Source: Desulfovibrio sp.
Lineage (GTDB): Bacteria > Desulfobacterota > Desulfovibrionia > Desulfovibrionales > Desulfovibrionaceae
NCBI GenBank assembly: GCA_031271265.1
Contig: JAISWB010000044.1
Location: 17,249 to 81,248 of the forward strand
Length of the DNA stretch: 64,000 nucleotides
Reading direction: 5' to 3'
The notes beneath the pieces are model-generated. The model saw only the letters and a program-made list of their open reading frames with translations, was not told the origin of the DNA and ran no database searches. The position numbers and the translations under genes are program-made. This document shows, one piece after another, positions 53,142 through 61,762 of this stretch. The first letter of the stretch is position 1. The number at the start of each line of letters is the position of its first letter.

Positions 53142-54260
53142 TTAGGACAACTTCCTGCCTACGGCTCTGCCCATCTTTTCCACAAATTTTTTGGCCACAT
53201 TCAGCGGTTTTTGCTCGTCTATCTCGGCAAATTCGCGCAGGAGAGCCTCCTGCCGTTCGTTCAATCTCTTTGGAATGAGCACCTTGACTTCGACCAGCAG
53301 ATCGCCCGCGGCATTACGCCCCGGATAAGGCAGACCCCGTCCGGGAATGCGGAAGACATCGCCGCTCTGCGTGCCGCGCGGGATATCCAGCACGACCGGG
53401 TCATCCAGGGTCGGCACTTCCAGTTTGTCCCCGAGGGCGGCCCGGACAAAGGAAATTTCCTGCGTGATGAAAAGATTCTGGCCTTCGCGGGTGAAAACGG
53501 CGTCGTCCTCAACCGTAACGACCACGTAGAGGTCACCGGGAGGACCGCCGCTCATGCCGCCCTCGCCCTCGCCGCGCAGGCGCAGGCGGTTGCCGGAGTC
53601 GATGCCCGCGGGAATGTGTACCGACAGTTCGCGCACTTCCTGCACCCGTCCGCTTGCGCGGCAGCGTGGGCAGGGGTTGGAAACGACTTCTCCGGAACCA
53701 CGGCAATGCGGGCAGGGCACGCTGATCTGGAAAAAGCCCTGGTTGTGGCGCACCTGACCGCTCCCGCCGCACTGCCGGCAGCGTTCCGGGGCGCTGCCCC
53801 CGGCCGAGCGGCTGCCTTTGCATTCGGGACAGACCGTGCTGCGGGGAATCTTGATGGTGATGTCGTCACCTTTCGCCGCCTGACGAAAGGATATCGTCAA
53901 ATTGTAACGCAGGTCCGACCCCTGCGTCGCCCTTCTGCGCCGCGCTCCGGCACCCATGCCGAAGCCGAACAGATCGGCGAAAATATCACCGAAATGGGAA
54001 AAAATATCGTCAGTCGAACTGAACCCGCCGCCGCTGCTGAACGCATCATGGCCGAAGCGGTCATATCGCGCCCGTTTCTCGGGGTCGCGCAACACATCAT
54101 AGGCCTCCGCCGCCTCCTTGAAGCGAAGCTCGGCCTCGGCGTCACCCGGATTACGGTCCGGGTGGTACTCCATGGCCAGCTTGCGGTAGGCCTTTTTGAT
54201 ATCGTCGTGCGAAGCCGCGCGTTCCACGCGCAGCACTTCGTAATAATCGCGCCGGTACAT
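53142..54260 (-). CDS. dnaJ: Molecular chaperone DnaJ
   Basis: J domain (DYYEVLRV...HPDRNPG) and four CxxCxGxG zinc-finger repeats. 372 aa. Confidence 0.92.
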   Translation of the reverse strand: MYRRDYYEVLRVERAASHDDIKKAYRKLAMEYHPDRNPGDAEAELRFKEAAEAYDVLRDPEKRARYDRFGHDAFSSGGGFSSTDDIFSHFGDIFADLFGFGMGAGARRRRATQGSDLRYNLTISFRQAAKGDDITIKIPRSTVCPECKGSRSAGGSAPERCRQCGGSGQVRHNQGFFQISVPCPHCRGSGEVVSNPCPRCRASGRVQEVRELSVHIPAGIDSGNRLRLRGEGEGGMSGGPPGDLYVVVTVEDDAVFTREGQNLFITQEISFVRAALGDKLEVPTLDDPVVLDIPRGTQSGDVFRIPGRGLPYPGRNAAGDLLVEVKVLIPKRLNERQEALLREFAEIDEQKPLNVAKKFVEKMGRAVGRKLS

Positions 54261-54266
54261 GCCGTG

Positions 54267-54503
54267 TCAGTCGATTTTCGAGGTATCCACGGGAAACTCA
54301 GGGGGAGAATAGTAGCCCAGATCTTCAGGCAGAATTTTGGCCGCGGCGATCTCGCGCAGGGCGGTCACGACTTCCTTGTTGTGCGAGTCGACCAGAGCCG
54401 GGTATCCTTCCCGGTACTGATGAACGCGTTTTATGGCCATCTGTACGAGAAGAAAGCGGTTGTTCACCCTTTCCTGGCAGTCCTCAACGGTAATGCGGGC
54501 CAT
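54267..54503 (-). CDS. rpoZ: DNA-directed RNA polymerase subunit omega
   Basis: Trimmed to MARITVEDCQERVNNRFLLVQMAIKRVHQ (the canonical RpoZ N-terminus). GGAGG SD. 78 aa. It ends 6 nt before the dnaJ start. Confidence 0.88.
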   Translation of the reverse strand: MARITVEDCQERVNNRFLLVQMAIKRVHQYREGYPALVDSHNKEVVTALREIAAAKILPEDLGYYSPPEFPVDTSKID

Positions 54504-54573
54504 GAATGCCTCCGGCATGGAAAGAACATTTTTCGCTGCTCGCGACATTCCGCCGCGCATCTGAATTTATCAG

Positions 54574-54601
54574 TATATATGCCCGCAGTTCCGGATGTCA
54601 A
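54574..54601 (-). promoter_or_regulatory. Strong sigma-70-like promoter of rpoZ-dnaJ
   Basis: Minus strand TTGACA-N16-TATATA. Confidence 0.55.
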
Positions 54602-54625
54602 GGCTAGAAAAACAGCCTTTCGGCG

Positions 54626-54654
54626 TTGATTGTTGATTGTGGATTGTGGAATTG
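54626..54654. repeat. Degenerate heptamer tandem repeat
   Basis: ttgattg ttgattg tggattg tggaattg. Confidence 0.8.
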
Positions 54655-54724
54655 CTGAATGCGGCAATGTCGGTTGCCGGTCTGCTTTGAACGGGGGAAC
54701 GCGCGATCCTGAAGTGACGGAACA

Positions 54725-54822
54725 GCTTCATCTGCCCCGCGCGCGTGTTCAGGTGCCCGGATAACAGGAGGCGATATGCAGACGGCGCATGCTTCATCTG
54801 CCCCGCGCGCGCGTTCAGGCGC
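54725..54822. repeat. 32-bp direct repeat pair (66-bp period) upstream of hisD
   Basis: gcttcatctgccccgcgcgcgYgttcaggYgc at 54725..54756 and 54791..54822. 30/32 identical. Confidence 0.9.
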
Positions 54823-54874
54823 TCTCGACTTTTGCCGTCAAGCGGTGTATATCCCTGTCCGTTGTGGAGCATTG

Positions 54875-56206
54875 ATGCAGATTCCCTTGTATTCAGTCCG
54901 ATCCCCGGCTGACGCCGAAGAGTTTCAGGCCGTTCCGACCAGGCGCGCCGCCGCTTACGCAAACACAGGCGGGGGAGTCGATGCCGTAGCGGAGCAGGTC
55001 GCGGAGATCCTGGAGCAGGTTCGCTCCCGCGGCCTTGAGGCCGTGCTGGAGTATACCCGCCGTTTCGATGCGCCGGAGTTTCGGGAAGAGCAGTTTGCGC
55101 CGGACGCGGAAGATCTGGACCGGACCGCCTCGGCAGTGCCCGCGCACGACCTCGCTATCATACGCCGGGCTTGGGAAAACATCCGCGCCTTTCATGAACA
55201 CGACAAAGAACAGTCGCGCTTTGAAACGCGGCCGGAGGGCGGCATAGTCGGCCGGCTGGTCCGGCCCGTGGACCGCGCCGGACTGTATGTGCCGGGAGGC
55301 AAAGGCGGCGAAACGCCGCTGGTGTCCAGCCTGCTCATGGGTGCGGCGCCGGCCCTGGCGGCCGGGGTGCCGGAGATCGCCGTTGTCACCCCCCCCCGCC
55401 GGGACGGGAGCATCAATCCTCATATCGCCGCTGCCGCCCGCATGATCGGCCTGAAAGAAATCTACGCAGCGGGCAGCGCCTGGGCCGTGGCGGCCCTTGC
55501 CTACGGCGCAGGCCCGCTGCGCGCCGTGGATGTCGTCGCCGGCCCCGGAAACATCCACGTCGCCGCGGCCAAACACCTGCTCCGGGGACGCGTCGGCGTG
55601 GATATGGTCGCCGGACCCAGCGAAATCTGTATCGTGGCCGACGCCTCCGCTCCTCCCGCCTGGATTGCGGCCGACATGCTTGCTCAGGCCGAACATGACG
55701 AACTGGCCTCGGCGGTGCTGATCTGTACCGAAGAAACAACGGCGCAGGCTGTCCGCCTCGAACTTGAGCGGCGCTGCCCGCAACTGCCGCGCAGTGCTGC
55801 GGCGCAAGCCTCCCTGGCCCGGTACGGCGCGATCATCCGTGTCCCCGACACGGCAACGGCCATGGCGCTGGTCAACCGCATCGCCCCGGAACACCTGGAG
55901 CTTGTCGTCGGCGACCCCTGGTCCCTGCTCCACCTGGTCCGCAACGCGGGTGCGGTTTTTCTGGGCGGGTATTCGGCGGAAGTCTTCGGCGACTACTGCG
56001 CCGGCCCGAACCATGTGCTGCCGACTATGGGCACGGCCCGTTTTTCCTCCGGCCTGTCCGTATCCACATTTTGTAAAAAAAGTTCGCTTCTGGCCCTCAA
56101 CCGCGCCTTTGCCGCGGACTTTGCGCGCGACACGGCAGCCCTCGCCCGCCTGGAAGGTCTCGAAGCCCACGCGCAGGCAGCCCTCTGCCGCCTGGAAGAC
56201 AACTGA
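54875..56206 (+). CDS. hisD: Histidinol dehydrogenase
   Basis: HisD-like throughout (GPSEICIVAD, AQAEHDELA, GDYCAGPNHVLPT). Trimmed to ATG 54875 (GGAG SD). An in-frame upstream ATG 54776 has an AGGAGG SD, so the start is not certain. Confidence 0.9.
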   Translation: MQIPLYSVRSPADAEEFQAVPTRRAAAYANTGGGVDAVAEQVAEILEQVRSRGLEAVLEYTRRFDAPEFREEQFAPDAEDLDRTASAVPAHDLAIIRRAWENIRAFHEHDKEQSRFETRPEGGIVGRLVRPVDRAGLYVPGGKGGETPLVSSLLMGAAPALAAGVPEIAVVTPPRRDGSINPHIAAAARMIGLKEIYAAGSAWAVAALAYGAGPLRAVDVVAGPGNIHVAAAKHLLRGRVGVDMVAGPSEICIVADASAPPAWIAADMLAQAEHDELASAVLICTEETTAQAVRLELERRCPQLPRSAAAQASLARYGAIIRVPDTATAMALVNRIAPEHLELVVGDPWSLLHLVRNAGAVFLGGYSAEVFGDYCAGPNHVLPTMGTARFSSGLSVSTFCKKSSLLALNRAFAADFARDTAALARLEGLEAHAQAALCRLEDN

Positions 56207-56230
56207 GAGCGGGCCATTGCGGAGAACGGC

Positions 56231-57127
56231 ATGCAAACGGTAACAACCACGAATCTGACGGAATACCCTCTGGTCGCACGCGGCAAAGTGCGCGACATCT
56301 ATGCCGTTTCCCGGGACACGCTGCTCATGGTCAGCACGGACCGCATGTCTGCTTTCGACGTGGTCATGAACGAGCCCATACCCTTCAAGGGCGTGGTGCT
56401 CAACCTGATAAGCCTGTTCTGGCTGAAAAAGTTTTCCGGCCTTGTGAAGAATCACCTGCTGGAAAGCGACGTGCGGCGATTCCCGAAAAAACTGCGCGCA
56501 CACGCCGACATGCTGGAAGGCCGCAGCATTTTGGCGCGCAAAGCCGTCCCTTTGCCCGTGGAGTGCATCGTGCGCGGCAACATAACCGGCTCGGGGTGGA
56601 AGGATTACACGGCCGCGGGTATGGTCTGCGGACACAGGCTGCCCGCCGGTCTCCTGGAGTCGCAAGCTCTGCCCGAACCCCTGTTCACGCCGTCCACCAA
56701 GGCCGCCGTCGGCACGCACGACGAGAACATCACGCGTGAGGAGGGCATGCGTCTGGCCGGTGAGGACGCCTTCCTGCAGGCGGAAAAGCTTTCCCTGGAA
56801 ATTTTCCGCGCGGCAGCGCGTTACGCGGCCGAACGCGGGATCATCATTGCCGACACCAAGTTTGAATTCGGCATCATCGACGGGGAGCTGCACCTTATCG
56901 ACGAGGTGCTGACTCCCGATTCGTCCCGCTTCTGGCCTGCCGGGCAGTTTACGCCGGGCAGGGCACAGCCCAGCTTCGACAAGCAGTACCTGCGCGACTG
57001 GCTGGAAACGCAGGATTGGGACAAGTCGCCGCCGCCTCCCTCCCTTCCGGACGAGGTAGTCGGGGAAAGCGCGCGCAAATACAGGGAAGCGTTTACCCTG
57101 CTGACCGGCGAAGAGTTGCCCGTCTGA
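56231..57127 (+). CDS. purC: Phosphoribosylaminoimidazole-succinocarboxamide synthase (long form)
   Basis: GKVRDIY..STDRMSAFD.. and IIADTKFEFG motifs. 298 aa. Confidence 0.93.
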   Translation: MQTVTTTNLTEYPLVARGKVRDIYAVSRDTLLMVSTDRMSAFDVVMNEPIPFKGVVLNLISLFWLKKFSGLVKNHLLESDVRRFPKKLRAHADMLEGRSILARKAVPLPVECIVRGNITGSGWKDYTAAGMVCGHRLPAGLLESQALPEPLFTPSTKAAVGTHDENITREEGMRLAGEDAFLQAEKLSLEIFRAAARYAAERGIIIADTKFEFGIIDGELHLIDEVLTPDSSRFWPAGQFTPGRAQPSFDKQYLRDWLETQDWDKSPPPPSLPDEVVGESARKYREAFTLLTGEELPV

Positions 57128-57195
57128 TGCGCACTGCAAAGAATACCGGACTCCTATCCGGTGAGTCCTTACGTCAAAACCGTTTGGATGCGGCC

Positions 57196-57223
57196 TTGAC
57201 GTGGAAATAGAAGACGATAAATC
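57196..57223 (+). promoter_or_regulatory. Candidate sigma-70 promoter of fabI
   Basis: TTGACG-N16-TAAATC. An AAGGAG SD precedes ATG 57244. Confidence 0.35.
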
Positions 57224-57243
57224 AGCATGACAAGGAGCCGTGC

Positions 57244-58035
57244 ATGTTGCTGCAAGGAAAAAAAACCGTCATTTTCGGAGTCGCCAACACCAGAAGCATC
57301 GCTTACGGGATAGCCAAGGCCTTCCGCGCCCACGGAGCGGAAATCGCGCTCTCCTGGGTCGGGGACGCCCTGCGCAGGCGGGTTGAGCCCATAGCGGAAG
57401 AGTTGGGCGCGGCCTTTACCTTTCCCTGTGATGCGGGAAGCGACGAATCCATCGCCGAGGCGGCCGTGACGGTTGAAAAAAACTGGGGCAGGGCGGATGT
57501 TCTGGTGCATGCCGTAGCTTTCGCCGACCGCGACGAACTGCAGGGGCGCTACATCGACACCTCGCGCAAGGGATTTGCCGTGGCCTTGGACATCTCCGCA
57601 TATTCCCTGACGGCCCTGTGCAAACACTTTGAAAACATCCTCAACGACGGGGCCTCGATAATAACCATGAGCTATTACGGGGCGCAAAAGCACATCAACA
57701 ACTACAACGTGATGGGCGTGGCCAAGGCCGCCCTGGAATCTTCGGTGCGATACCTCGCCTTTGACCTGGGACCGCGCGGCATACGCGTGAATGCCGTAAG
57801 CGCCGGCCCCATAAGAACTCTGGCCGCCTCGGGGATCTCCGGCTTTCACAGGATACTGGGGCACATAGAAAAATATACGCCGCTGAAACGCAACGTCACC
57901 ATAGACGAAGTCGGCAACACGGCTGTCTTCCTTGCCTCTTCCCTGTCCACGGGCACTACCGGCAGCATTGTGTTTGTGGATGACGGCTATCACGCCTCCG
58001 GCATACAGATCGACGCCCAGGGGAACGCGGATTGA
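57244..58035 (+). CDS. fabI: Enoyl-[acyl-carrier-protein] reductase (NADH) FabI
   Basis: GKKTVIFGVANTRSIAYGIA, YNVMGVAKAALE (Tyr-x6-Lys), NAVSAGPIRT. 263 aa. Confidence 0.93.
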   Translation: MLLQGKKTVIFGVANTRSIAYGIAKAFRAHGAEIALSWVGDALRRRVEPIAEELGAAFTFPCDAGSDESIAEAAVTVEKNWGRADVLVHAVAFADRDELQGRYIDTSRKGFAVALDISAYSLTALCKHFENILNDGASIITMSYYGAQKHINNYNVMGVAKAALESSVRYLAFDLGPRGIRVNAVSAGPIRTLAASGISGFHRILGHIEKYTPLKRNVTIDEVGNTAVFLASSLSTGTTGSIVFVDDGYHASGIQIDAQGNAD

Positions 58036-58045
58036 CCCTGCACAT

Positions 58046-58387
58046 ATGCGTCAAAAGATGATCGCATATTGCCTGACGCAGGCGGGCTCTTACGAGGATT
58101 ACCCTTTCGGCGACGGAACCGCAGCGCTGCGACACGGAGGCAATCATCGCATATTTGCACTGTTTCTGAAACACGGCGAACAGGAATTGTTGAATTTGAA
58201 ATCAGCACCGTTTACAGCCCTGCTTTTGCGCAATGAATTTCCATCGGTTATCCCCGGATATCACATGAATAAAGTCCATTGGAACAGCGTGATCCTGGAC
58301 GGAACCGTCCCTGAAGATACCGTCAGGGAGATGATTGACGACAGTTATACTTTGACAAGACCGAAAGGCAGGAAACGGTTCGCGTAG
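58046..58387 (+). CDS. MmcQ/YjbR family protein
   Basis: Trimmed to MRQKMIAYCLTQAGSYEDYPFG. ...GYHMNKVHWNSVILDG is typical of the YjbR fold family. 113 aa. Confidence 0.8.
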   Translation: MRQKMIAYCLTQAGSYEDYPFGDGTAALRHGGNHRIFALFLKHGEQELLNLKSAPFTALLLRNEFPSVIPGYHMNKVHWNSVILDGTVPEDTVREMIDDSYTLTRPKGRKRFA

Positions 58388-58980
58388 AGCCCTTTGCAAG
58401 GCTTGGACAGCCGGCAGACATGCAGGATATGCCTTCGGCAAACAGCAAGTTAGATATGACGGCATTGTTCTCAACATTAAAAAATTGAGAGTGTGCATCA
58501 AAATATAGAGATTCACCATAAAAAATTATTCAAATCAATATGTTATAAGTAAAATTCTCCATTCCGAATCTGCATCGGAAAAATTTTAATATTTCACATA
58601 GTTATCATATATACGTCTATACATAGGTCACCACTCTCAAAAAATTTGCTGTTTCCGGCAGTTAGTTTGAATATCTCCATGTATCGGCCTTCATGCCCGG
58701 ATTGCCGTGCCGTTACGACGCAGCAAGTCTAATTATGGTTTTTCGCGCACCGGCGCAGCTTTTCAGACATTCCGCCCAACGAAAAATCAAGAATTTAGCT
58801 CAACAAACCGGCTTGATGGCGTATCGCTCAACGCGATAATTAGAATTGTTGGTTACGGCGCATCCGGTTCTTGCGCAATCTCGAGATTTTGTTTAGATAT
58901 CTTCCAAAGAGACACAACACGCCGCCCGCAAGCGCCCGGACACCGCGGGACAGGCTTGCGGCGCCCGGCCGGGGAACATC

Positions 58981-60183
58981 ATGCGCACGAAATACATACT
59001 GCCGTGTATTGTCCTTTTGTGCTTGCCGGCCTGCGCCGGGTCGACCGCCGATAAACGTCTCACCGCCCTTGAAAAAGGCCGCGTCGGCGACAACCACATG
59101 CTGTCGATGCGTATCGAAAGTCTGGATAAACGTCTTGAGCGCGTCGAGGAAGACATAGGGGAGATTCGCGCCGGCCTGGCCCCGAAAGACGCCCGCAAAA
59201 CCCGCGTTCCGGCCGGCAACGTCCGCGAACAGGCGGTACCCCGGCCGGCAACGGCCCCGGTACAGCCGGGCGTCGAGTTCGACTACGCATCCCTCGCGGC
59301 TTCTCTGACGGCTTCACGTTCAGCGCCGGCCGCCGCCCAGGCCGGCTCTACCGCATCTCCGTCGGCCTCCGCGGCAACCCCGGCGCCTTCTCCAGCCTCG
59401 CCCGCCCGCGCGCTGCCGCCTCCGGCGTCGGTTGCCGCTCCTTCCCCCGTTGCGGTTCCTCCCCCGGCTCCTCAAGTATCCGCGCAGGCCGCGCCTGCCC
59501 CCGCTTCGCCGCCTCCCGCAAATCCCGCCGGGCGGAGCGCCACAGCCGGCCGGGACGGCGCCCCGACCCTGGTTCCCATTGACCTCCGCGCTTCACGAGG
59601 GGGCGCGCCCGTTGCGGCGGCCCGTCCCCACGACGCGCCGCGGACGCCCGTTCCGGCCGCCGTGGACGCGCGTTCTCCGGCGACAGCGGCGAACCCTGCC
59701 GGAAGGCCGCTTCCTCGGCAAACTCCTGTAAGCCGCGCCGGGCAAAGCCCGGACGCCTCCGCGCAGGCAAGCGGAGGACCGCGTTCCCCGCAGCCCGCTC
59801 CGGGTCGCGCCGCCGCAAGCCGTGCGGCCTATGAGGCTGCCCTGTCCCTGTACAACAAACATCAGTACGCCCAAGCGGCCGCGGCCTTTACAGCCTTTTT
59901 GCGCGATGCCCCGCAGAGTCCCCTGGCTCCCAATGCCGGTTACTGGCTGGGCGAGTGCCGTTATTCCACCGGCAACTACGGGGATGCAGTCATTGCCTTC
60001 AAGGACGTGGCCGCCAAGTATCCCGGCCATCCCAAGGCGGCCGCCGCCCTGCTCAAGGCCGGGTATGCCTACGAACGTATGGGGGACATGGGCAACGCCC
60101 GTTTTTACCGGCAACTGCTCCTCGACGATTATCCGTCTTCCGGCCCGGCCGCCTTGGCCCGCAAACGCGGGGGCGCCCGATGA
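58981..60183 (+). CDS. ybgF: Tol-Pal system protein YbgF/CpoB-like lipoprotein with a long P/A-rich linker
   Basis: Lipobox LCLPAC and an N-terminal coiled coil. The C-terminal TPR block (YEAALSLYNKHQYAQAAAAF...GYWLGECRYSTGNYGDAVIAFKDVAAKYPGHPKAAAALLKAGYAY) is typical of YbgF. Confidence 0.8.
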   Translation: MRTKYILPCIVLLCLPACAGSTADKRLTALEKGRVGDNHMLSMRIESLDKRLERVEEDIGEIRAGLAPKDARKTRVPAGNVREQAVPRPATAPVQPGVEFDYASLAASLTASRSAPAAAQAGSTASPSASAATPAPSPASPARALPPPASVAAPSPVAVPPPAPQVSAQAAPAPASPPPANPAGRSATAGRDGAPTLVPIDLRASRGGAPVAAARPHDAPRTPVPAAVDARSPATAANPAGRPLPRQTPVSRAGQSPDASAQASGGPRSPQPAPGRAAASRAAYEAALSLYNKHQYAQAAAAFTAFLRDAPQSPLAPNAGYWLGECRYSTGNYGDAVIAFKDVAAKYPGHPKAAAALLKAGYAYERMGDMGNARFYRQLLLDDYPSSGPAALARKRGGAR

Positions 60184-61760
60184 TCTTTTCCGAACTGACG
60201 CTTGCGGAGCGCAACGAACTCTGGGCGCTCCTGGCCCTGCGCCATGCCTGGGGACTGGGGCCGACCGGGGCCGGGCGTATCATAGCGGCCTACGGCGGGG
60301 CATACGCCGCCGTCGAAGCCGGTCTGGCCCGTTCGGCGGAATGGGCGGAAAAAGGACTCGTCCACCTTCCCGTTGCCCGCGCCTTTGCCGGCGGCGGCTG
60401 GCGCGACAAGGCCGGGGTTGAATGGCACGGCATCAAAAGCATGGGCCTGTCCTTCATCGTCCAAAGCGATCCCGCGTACCCGCAGCTCCTGCGCGAACCG
60501 GCCGGAGCGCCCCTGCTCCTGTATTTCAAAGGTGATATCTCCCTGTTGCGCGGGCCTGCCGTCGGTATTGTCGGGGCGCGCAACTGCACGAGCGAGGGTC
60601 TGGCTGTTTCCGCCTTTTTTGCCCGCGATCTGGCCCGCGCCGGGGTCACGGTCATCTCCGGCATGGCGCGGGGCATAGACAGGGCGGCGCATCTGGCCGG
60701 TCTTGAGGGGCCGGGGCGCTCCATCGGCGTGCTCGGCACGGGCATCGACGTCATGTACCCGGCCCGCAACACCGACCTTTACGCGCGCATGGAAAAGGAC
60801 GGACTGCTTATTTCCGAATTTGCGCCGGGAACCGGGCCTGTCGGGAAAAATTTCCCGATACGCAACCGCCTGATCAGTGCAACGGCCCTCGGCATCCTGG
60901 TGGTGGAAGCGGCCGGACGCAGCGGCAGCCTGATTACCGCGCGCCTTGCCCTGGAACACAACCGCGAGGTCTTCGCCGTTCCCGGCAGCGCCATGTCCCC
61001 CATGTCCGAAGGGTGCAGGGAATTGATCCGCAAAGGAGCCAAGGCCGCGTTCAATGCCGAGGACATTTTGCTCGAACTCGCCCCCCTGTTGCAGGCAAAC
61101 AACCGCGCGCCCGTGTCCCCGGCAGTCCGGACTGCGGACGCCCCCGACGCGCACCATGCCGCGCCCGCCGCCGGCACCGTCCCGCTGCGCACGGAACAGA
61201 CCGCTCCCGCAACCCCGTCGGCAGGATCATCCACTCCGTCCGATGTCGCACCCGGCGCCGGTACCGCCCCGTTGCGCACGGAACCCGCAACTCCCGCCGG
61301 ATCGTCCAAAGCTGCGCCCCCGAACCCTACCGGCACGGCTTTGCATCCCGATGCGCCTCCGGCCCGCAGACAACGACGCAGCTCTTCAGCGCACGATATC
61401 CTTCCGCGAAAGAAAAAACAGGGACACCGGCAGGATGAATCAGGCTCGACCGGGAGCCGGGAGCATTTTCCCCTTCCCAAAGCCGGCGAACGCGGGAAAG
61501 TAGATTCCGGCTTTGCAGGGAGACGGTCAGGTGTACCCCCGAAGGCAGAGATTTCGGAAGATAGCGATGGTGCGGATGAATTTCACGGAGAAGAAGGCCG
61601 TGTCCTGGCGGCCGTCGGCGTTGTCCCCCGGCATATTGACGAAATCGCGCACGCGCTCACGATGGACGCCGGCAGCCTGAGCGCCGCGCTGACCGTGCTG
61701 GAAATGCGGGGGCTGGTCCGGCGGCTGCCGGGCATGCTTTACTCTCTGCCCGAGGTCTGA
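60180..61760 (+). CDS. dprA: DNA-processing protein DprA (Smf) with a ~165-aa low-complexity insert
   Basis: Trimmed to ATG 60180 (ATGA overlap with the ybgF stop). Motifs VGIVGARNCT, VISGMARGID, NFPIRNRLIS, VVEAAGRSGSLITA. C-terminal winged-helix-like LTVLEMRGLV. Confidence 0.88.
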   Translation: MIFSELTLAERNELWALLALRHAWGLGPTGAGRIIAAYGGAYAAVEAGLARSAEWAEKGLVHLPVARAFAGGGWRDKAGVEWHGIKSMGLSFIVQSDPAYPQLLREPAGAPLLLYFKGDISLLRGPAVGIVGARNCTSEGLAVSAFFARDLARAGVTVISGMARGIDRAAHLAGLEGPGRSIGVLGTGIDVMYPARNTDLYARMEKDGLLISEFAPGTGPVGKNFPIRNRLISATALGILVVEAAGRSGSLITARLALEHNREVFAVPGSAMSPMSEGCRELIRKGAKAAFNAEDILLELAPLLQANNRAPVSPAVRTADAPDAHHAAPAAGTVPLRTEQTAPATPSAGSSTPSDVAPGAGTAPLRTEPATPAGSSKAAPPNPTGTALHPDAPPARRQRRSSSAHDILPRKKKQGHRQDESGSTGSREHFPLPKAGERGKVDSGFAGRRSGVPPKAEISEDSDGADEFHGEEGRVLAAVGVVPRHIDEIAHALTMDAGSLSAALTVLEMRGLVRRLPGMLYSLPEV

Positions 61761-61762
61761 CA

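Noticed and set aside
54893-57139. 748-aa ORF antisense to hisD and purC.
   Set aside because: It crosses the hisD-purC boundary, and both sense genes are clearly real. It is an antisense artefact.
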